Shown here piece by piece: positions 58,624 to 63,814 of a stretch of DNA of 63,814 bases (its first letter is position 1; each line of letters starts with the position of its first letter). Source of the stretch: Thraustochytrium aureum (taxonomy: Eukaryota); contig BLSG01000302.1 in NCBI GenBank assembly GCA_012862495.1, forward strand, positions 97,574 to 161,387, in the 5' to 3' direction. Position numbers and translations under genes: made by a program. A model generated the notes under the pieces. That model did not search any database and was not told where the DNA came from. It was given only the letters and a program-made list of their open reading frames with translations.

Positions 58624-59353
58624 NNNNNNNNNNNNNNNNNNNNNNNNNNNNNNNNNNNNNNNNNNNNNNNNNNNNNNNNNNNNNNNNNNNNNNNNNNNNN
58701 NNNNNNNNNNNNNNNNNNNNNNNNNNNNNNNNNNNNNNNNNNNNNNNNNNNNNNNNNNNNNNNNNNNNNNNNNNNNNNNNNNNNNNNNNNNNNNNNNNNN
58801 NNNNNNNNNNNNNNNNNNNNNNNNNNNNNNNNNNNNNNNNNNNNNNNNNNNNNNNNNNNNNNNNNNNNNNNNNNNNNNNNNNNNNNNNNNNNNNNNNNNN
58901 NNNNNNNNNNNNNNNNNNNNNNNNNNNNNNNNNNNNNNNNNNNNNNNNNNNNNNNNNNNNNNNNNNNNNNNNNNNNNNNNNNNNNNNNNNNNNNNNNNNN
59001 NNNNNNNNNNNNNNNNNNNNNNNNNNNNNNNNNNNNNNNNNNNNNNNNNNNNNNNNNNNNNNNNNNNNNNNNNNNNNNNNNNNNNNNNNNNNNNNNNNNN
59101 NNNNNNNNNNNNNNNNNNNNNNNNNNNNNNNNNNNNNNNNNNNNNNNNNNNNNNNNNNNNNNNNNNNNNNNNNNNNNNNNNNNNNNNNNNNNNNNNNNNN
59201 NNNNNNNNNNNNNNNNNNNNNNNNNNNNNNNNNNNNNNNNNNNNNNNNNNNNNNNNNNNNNNNNNNNNNNNNNNNNNNNNNNNNNNNNNNNNNNNNNNNN
59301 NNNNNNNNNNNNNNNNNNNNNNNNNNNNNNNNNNNNNNNNNNNNNNNNNNNNN

Positions 59354-62028
59354 GGCGCACGAGCTCGGCGCGGTATGCCGCGAAACCTTCGACGCCCAAA
59401 GCGGCCCCGATGCTCAGCAAGCGCGAAGAAAACATGACGATGGGCAACGTCAGCGCGGTCTGGCTGCCCGACCAAGAAAAGCAGAGTCACATGGCGCAGC
59501 AAGTGCGACGCGTGAGCATCCGCGGCTCGCTTGTTAAGGTAGCCGAGGCCGTCCCGCCGAGGTGGTTCGGGACCACGCGCTTGTCAAGCTCCAAAATCGC
59601 GCCTGGAAGAATGAGCGAGGGCCGCGAAAGCTTGGCAAAAAGCGCGCTCAGCGCAAGCTATTTGGACAGCGGTGCGGACGCGCAGCACGCGCGCGAGCAT
59701 GTCAAGTTTCGCATCATCCACGAAGCCACAGCTGCGAGCAACGCGTACGTGATTGACTGGGACAACCCGTATCGACGCGCCTGGGACGCCATAATAGTGT
59801 GCGCTGTAATCTACCTGTGCTTCAGCTTGCCTGTCACGATCGCTTTCATCGACATCGAGTTCAGCAAGGCGTTCGGAACGTTTCTGGACGTTTTGTTCTG
59901 GATCGACATCGTGCTCAACTTCCGAACGGGGTTTATCCACCACGGCATCCACGTCAAGGACACGACGGAGATCGCCAAGCACTACCTGCACAGCTGGTTC
60001 TTCGTCGATATCTTGGCTTCCATTCCGTTCGAGTTGATCCTTGGCGATTCGTTTGACAAGACGACGCGCAAGAGTCTCAAAATCCTCAAGTGGCTCAAAA
60101 TCCCAAAGCTGTTGCGTATCACGCGGCTGTTCAAGTACCTCAAGCAGTTTGTCCGGTACTACCGCACGTTTGTGCTCTCGGCCAGTTTGCTGCTCTGCAT
60201 GCACCTCATTGGCTGTTTGTGGATGTCCATCGCAGAGCCTTGCGAAATGGACGACGCCTATGTGAACGGCGTGCTCATGGCCAAGTCGCAGGAGTCGTGC
60301 ACCACAGCCGTGATGTGGAACTACTATGTGCTCTCTCTGCGGATCTCGTTCATGATGATCTTCCAGGTTGCCGACCCCTTTCAGTTTGTCGCGCACGTCG
60401 ACAGAGGCATCTTTGAAAACATCAAAGCGAAAGCGGTGAACGCATCTGGTGAGGCAGAGTCCGCGTTGCCCTCCCCAGAAGGAATAAGCAACTCGAGCGC
60501 CTCGGTAGGATTGGCGAATGTTCTGGAAGACCTGCTCCAAGCCAATCTCCTTGACAACCCCCCTGGCCCGCAAGGCCGTTTTGGGTACAGCAACGATGCA
60601 TGGTCCGATTGGTCGTTCTTCAACGAGGCGCGGCGAACGCAGACCTTGGCGCTGCAGCTTCTCAGCGTGCTCGGCATGTCGATCGGTTTCTTGATCACGG
60701 TAAACTTTATCGCCGAGGCGGTCGTCCTCGCCTACAACCGCATGTTGGCACACTACAAGTTTTACAACAAGGTGAACCGCCTCAAGGCCGACATGGTCGC
60801 GATGCACATACCCCAGGAGACCCAGTACCGCGTGGCGCGCTACTTTGACTACCTGTGGATCAATCAGAAAATGGGAATGAACGCAAGTGACAAGGGCCTG
60901 CTCCGCGACCCGGACCTCTCCAGGCCACTGCGCAAGGAGCTTGCCCTGCGCATACACAGGCCACTGCTCTCCCAGCTCAGCCTCTTTCGGGACTGCTCCG
61001 ATGACTGTCTTTTCGCGATAGCCATGAAGCTCAAGACCCACGTCTATCTCCCAGGAGATGTCATCTTTCACAAGGGGGACGTGGCGCACGAGCTCTTCTT
61101 TATCCGTCGCGGCGTCATCGCAGTCAACTTTGGCGAGGTCGACGCGTTCAATACGAGCGCCAAGGACGGCGCCAGGCTGCCAACCACGGCACGGTGGACG
61201 CAGCGCGGCTCGCACATCGCTGACGTTGAGGACTTTAAGGCAGACGAAACGCTGAAGGAATCGGATACGGTCAAGCTCATGGGCCCCGGGAGCTTTTTCG
61301 GGGAAGTCGCGCTATTGACGAGCATGCCGCGATCTTGCTCCGTGTACTCGAAGACGGTCTCGGAGCTCAACGAGCTTAGCCGGGCCGATTTCGACGAGGT
61401 GATGATTACTTTTCCGGAGCTCAGCGAAGATGTCGTGCGACAAGTGCTCGAAATGTACCCGGGCCTCAACGACAAACTGGAAAAGTTTATCAGCCGAACG
61501 AGCGATGATGAGGCGCATCCGCTGACGCTGGTGGAAGAAAGCGAGGAAGAAAGCGCTTACGGCGACTTGGAAGGTAGCGAGGCAGGGTCTAAAAGCTTCA
61601 AGTCTCGCTCTGGAGGACAAAGAATGCACGGCACCACTACCAGCACAACGAGTGAAAAGCTGAGCGCCTTTCGCTCGGGATTCACGAACCAGTCCGTGTT
61701 TGCGTCACTGCGATCGATGGGAATGGAGGACACCCAGCGCGAGCTCAACGCGAGCGGCAATTCTGGGCTCAGCGAAGCAGATGTGAAGCGTATTGTTGAG
61801 CAAGCGATGGACCGAGCCCTCGGACGGTTTGAGGACAAACTGGCCCGCCTCGTGTCTGAGAGCGCAAGCAAGATGAGAATGGACGCGGGCAGCAGGGACG
61901 CGGCTGGTCCGGAGAACGGCGCCAATGACAAGCCCGGCGCAGGGCGCAGGTCGACCTTGGACCTAGATGCAGTGGCAGCTAGCTTGGACTTGAGCTTGCT
62001 CGCTTCGGAGGAGGCTTCTTCCAAGTAG
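59354..62028 (+). CDS. Cyclic nucleotide-binding-domain voltage-gated-like ion channel (KCNH/HCN/CNG superfamily); 5' end at gap
   Basis: WDAII, DIVLNFRTGF, IAKHYLHSWFFVDILASIPF, S4 KILKWLKIPKLLRITRL, C-linker RVARYFDYLW, CNBD YLPGDVIFHKGD...FFGEVALL...RSCSV. Confidence 0.92.
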
Positions 62029-62132
62029 CGCGGCGTCCAGGCTGCGACACAATCGCCGTCCCTCAGTGTGTTAAAATCCAGTATGAAAAGTGCTCGTTGT
62101 GTTTTTACTTTACTCCTCAGGGGCCGCATCCC

Positions 62133-63743
62133 TCATCGCCGCGCGCTGCGTTTGAGGATCAGCTGAAGCAGCGCCGAAAGCGCCCTTGGTTGCGTAGCAA
62201 GCGCCGTACTGAGCGCAACGGCTAGCGCTATGCCGAGCCTGTACCAGCGCTTGCGTGCCTCCTGGTCGCTTGTAGCCGAAGAAGAAGAAGAAGAGGTTCG
62301 CGCTGCGTCGTGGCCGGCAGAACAGACCTTGGACTCTTCTTGGACCTTGAATCGGACGGTTTTGCGTGGCACAGACTGAGTGGTCCTCTCGCCAGCAGCA
62401 GTCGACGCCGCTGGTGTCTTTAAAACTGCGCTCGTCTGGCTAGTTTCTGTCAAAGCAATGGCGAGCTGAGGCCCGGCATCGGTGCTACCAACATCTTCGC
62501 CGCCTGGTGCCTCCTTTACAGCGCTTGACGGTGAACGGGCTTGCTGCACTGGTCGTGTGGTTTCCAGCAGGTGCTTTTCCGCTTTCTCAGGCATGTGCAT
62601 GCTCGCACGATCGACCAGTGCCAAAGATTCGAGATTGCCAACGTCCAAGACGTAGAAGAGGAGGATGCCGATAGCTGCAACAAGCACAAATGTGCTGGGA
62701 AAGGGCGAATCCACGTCGAAACGCTTTGCTGTGAGGTTCGATGGCGCCATGGCGAGCGGCGAGTTCCGTTCCGGCAGGAGCAAGATTGGAGAATCGTCCA
62801 CCCCGCCGCTCGCAAGGCTGCTGTCATCGAAAGCTGCCCTCTCGTGTTGTTTTGTTGCAGGTTTTGCGGTCCAGGACGCGTTGGCAACGACGCTGAGCTG
62901 GGTGGAAACTCCTGCACGAGTGAACTCGCCAGCGTCGGTTGACTGGACATCGTGACCGTCCGGTTCCTCGTGCTCGTGGTCTTGCTGCCTGCGAGCTCGC
63001 AGCACGCCCTCTGCCTCAACGAAGGCGAGCCATGGGGGATTTTCGGGGCGGAAGCTGCTCGGGTCCTCAAGACTCTCTGAGGAGTTCCAGGCGGCTGGAA
63101 CGACGATTGCGCTCAGCAGAATGACGATTAGGACAACGAAAGCAGCCGCATGGGCGTGTCTGGTCTCGGCTAGCCTCCTCCAGGAGCCCTCTGAAGCGAT
63201 TGGGCGCAGCGGCGCAAGCGCAGGAGCGCGCCTGGCTCGCACAGTCAGCGGTGGCTCGGCCTGGTCGGTCTTGGTACGTGTCTGCAGAACAGGCGGCACC
63301 CCAAGAAAAGCTAGCAGCACCGTGCTTGTTTTCACCTGAGGCTCTGCGAGCGCCCAACGCAGGAGCCGCTGGAAGGCGGCCTGCCGCTCGTCCAACGTGT
63401 GTTCGAGGGATCCGCAGCCAGGAAGGGCGATGCTCCCAAAAGGCCGCTTGCCGGGGAGCTTTGGCACCTGAGGCGTTGCCCCGCTGCTCGACCTGGTCGC
63501 TGCGCGCACGATGAACCCGCGCAACGCGCAAAACTCCGAGTACGTTTTCTGAACGCGCCAGCGACGCCGCCGCGCTCCGCGCTCCGCCCCGCCGACGACC
63601 GCGACCTCATACACAAACCGCCCCCCTTGCGCTCTCGTAGCCTTTCCAACGAGGGCTGTGTCCACAAGCTGCGCCATGGCGTGGACGTCCCGCGCGGCTA
63701 TGTCCTGTCCTGGCTCGGCCTTGGTGGTCGCGAGCGACGACAT
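62133..63743 (-). CDS. PX (phox homology) domain membrane protein
   Basis: FVYEVAV...WRVQKTYSEFCALR...PKLPGKR...LDERQAAFQRLL...LLAFL, followed by hydrophobic segments. Confidence 0.75.
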   Translation of the reverse strand: MSSLATTKAEPGQDIAARDVHAMAQLVDTALVGKATRAQGGRFVYEVAVVGGAERGARRRRWRVQKTYSEFCALRGFIVRAATRSSSGATPQVPKLPGKRPFGSIALPGCGSLEHTLDERQAAFQRLLRWALAEPQVKTSTVLLAFLGVPPVLQTRTKTDQAEPPLTVRARRAPALAPLRPIASEGSWRRLAETRHAHAAAFVVLIVILLSAIVVPAAWNSSESLEDPSSFRPENPPWLAFVEAEGVLRARRQQDHEHEEPDGHDVQSTDAGEFTRAGVSTQLSVVANASWTAKPATKQHERAAFDDSSLASGGVDDSPILLLPERNSPLAMAPSNLTAKRFDVDSPFPSTFVLVAAIGILLFYVLDVGNLESLALVDRASMHMPEKAEKHLLETTRPVQQARSPSSAVKEAPGGEDVGSTDAGPQLAIALTETSQTSAVLKTPAASTAAGERTTQSVPRKTVRFKVQEESKVCSAGHDAARTSSSSSSATSDQEARKRWYRLGIALAVALSTALATQPRALSALLQLILKRSARR

Positions 63744-63814
63744 CACGAGTGTCTGCGCGGCTTTGGCCTCGCCGCTGGCAGGCGCCCTGCCACGGCTTCC
63801 GCACTTGGCCAGCA

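Noticed and set aside
58246..62028. 1260-aa ORF suggesting a bZIP/SnoaL-ion channel fusion
   Set aside because: The ORF is continuous only because it reads through 730 Ns. The two sides are best explained as separate genes.

Overview
GC-rich, gene-dense, intron-poor eukaryotic genomic scaffold with many N gaps. It is not prokaryotic: there are GT-AG spliceosomal introns with CTGAC/CTAAC branch sites, plus UBA2, DBR1, MCM9 and DNAAF6. The gene set (GPCR-PIPK, a dynein assembly factor, bacterial-type SulP and BioA) and the abundant tetranucleotide microsatellites suggest a flagellated stramenopile, probably a thraustochytrid/labyrinthulomycete; this is inference only. About 27 coding regions are supported, many broken by single-base indels at short homopolymers that look like sequencing errors. 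No rRNA, tRNA, CRISPR array or transposon was recognised. Most interesting: (i) a G6PD N-terminal region with a degenerate NADP fingerprint lying just upstream of, and possibly fused to, hexokinase; (ii) a myristoylated EF-hand protein with an RGS domain inserted between EF-hands; (iii) a myristoylated EF-hand/pseudo-calpain; (iv) a GPCR-PIP5K with two extra TM helices; (v) a CNBD channel with no GYG filter; (vi) a bZIP-SnoaL/NTF2 transcription factor; (vii) a PH-J-PH protein; (viii) a recurrent intergenic palindrome, CTCTAGCTAGAG.
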